From assembly GCA_001662655.1 (NCBI GenBank), contig KV460206.1: a DNA stretch of 64,000 bases. The stretch is one strand, 5' to 3'. The first letter of the stretch is position 1, and each line of letters starts with the position of its first letter. A program made the translations under genes and the position numbers. The DNA is from Pseudogymnoascus verrucosus. Its lineage: Eukaryota. Of the stretch, positions 63,844 to 64,000 are shown piece by piece. Under the pieces are notes generated by a model that searched no databases, was not told the origin of the DNA, and saw only the letters and a program-made list of their open reading frames with translations.

Positions 63844-64000
63844 ATGTCGTCGTTCAGCTCGATCCCCATCCTCGACCTCTCGCTGGCACGGGACCCAGAG
63901 ACGAAACCTAAGTTCCTGGAGGAGCTGAGGCATGCATTGCTTGAGGTTGGGTTTTTGTATTTGAAGAATGTGGGGATTCCGGAGGAGTTGACGGAGAGGG
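63844..64000 (+). CDS. 2OG-Fe(II) oxygenase (DIOX_N / IPNS-like), 3'-truncated by window edge
   Basis: MSSFSSIPILDLSLARDPETKPKFLEELRHALLEVGFLYLKNVGIP. Confidence 0.8.
   Translation, partial: MSSFSSIPILDLSLARDPETKPKFLEELRHALLEVGFLYLKNVGIPEELTER

Overview
Eukaryotic DNA from a filamentous ascomycete (Pezizomycotina-type genes with short GT-AG introns and CTAAC branch points). About 20 intact protein genes can be supported: an AIF/AMID-like oxidoreductase (partial), a MaoC-type dehydratase, a Cys-rich P1B heavy-metal ATPase, a Zn(II)2Cys6 transcription factor with a ~7 kb gene-free upstream region, BCS1, RPT5, a 3CxxC zinc-finger protein, a divergent NADAR protein with a poly-Glu tail, a GPI-anchored Cys-rich protein, a YycE-like glyoxalase, an uncharacterised membrane protein, a pectin methylesterase, two tandem F-box genes, laeA, CDC20, TOA1, a conserved hypothetical protein, RPB10 (missed by the ORF track), NAN1/UTP17 and the start of a 2OG-Fe(II) oxygenase. 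The most unusual part is 21.4-27 kb: an accessory-looking patch (3CxxC gene, dynamin/Mx-like N-terminal remnant, orphan ORF, BTB pseudogene with three TAG stops) next to a NADAR gene with substituted motif residues. No rRNA, tRNA, CRISPR or intact transposon was recognised. Exon boundaries were read by eye and family assignments come from motif recall, not database searches.
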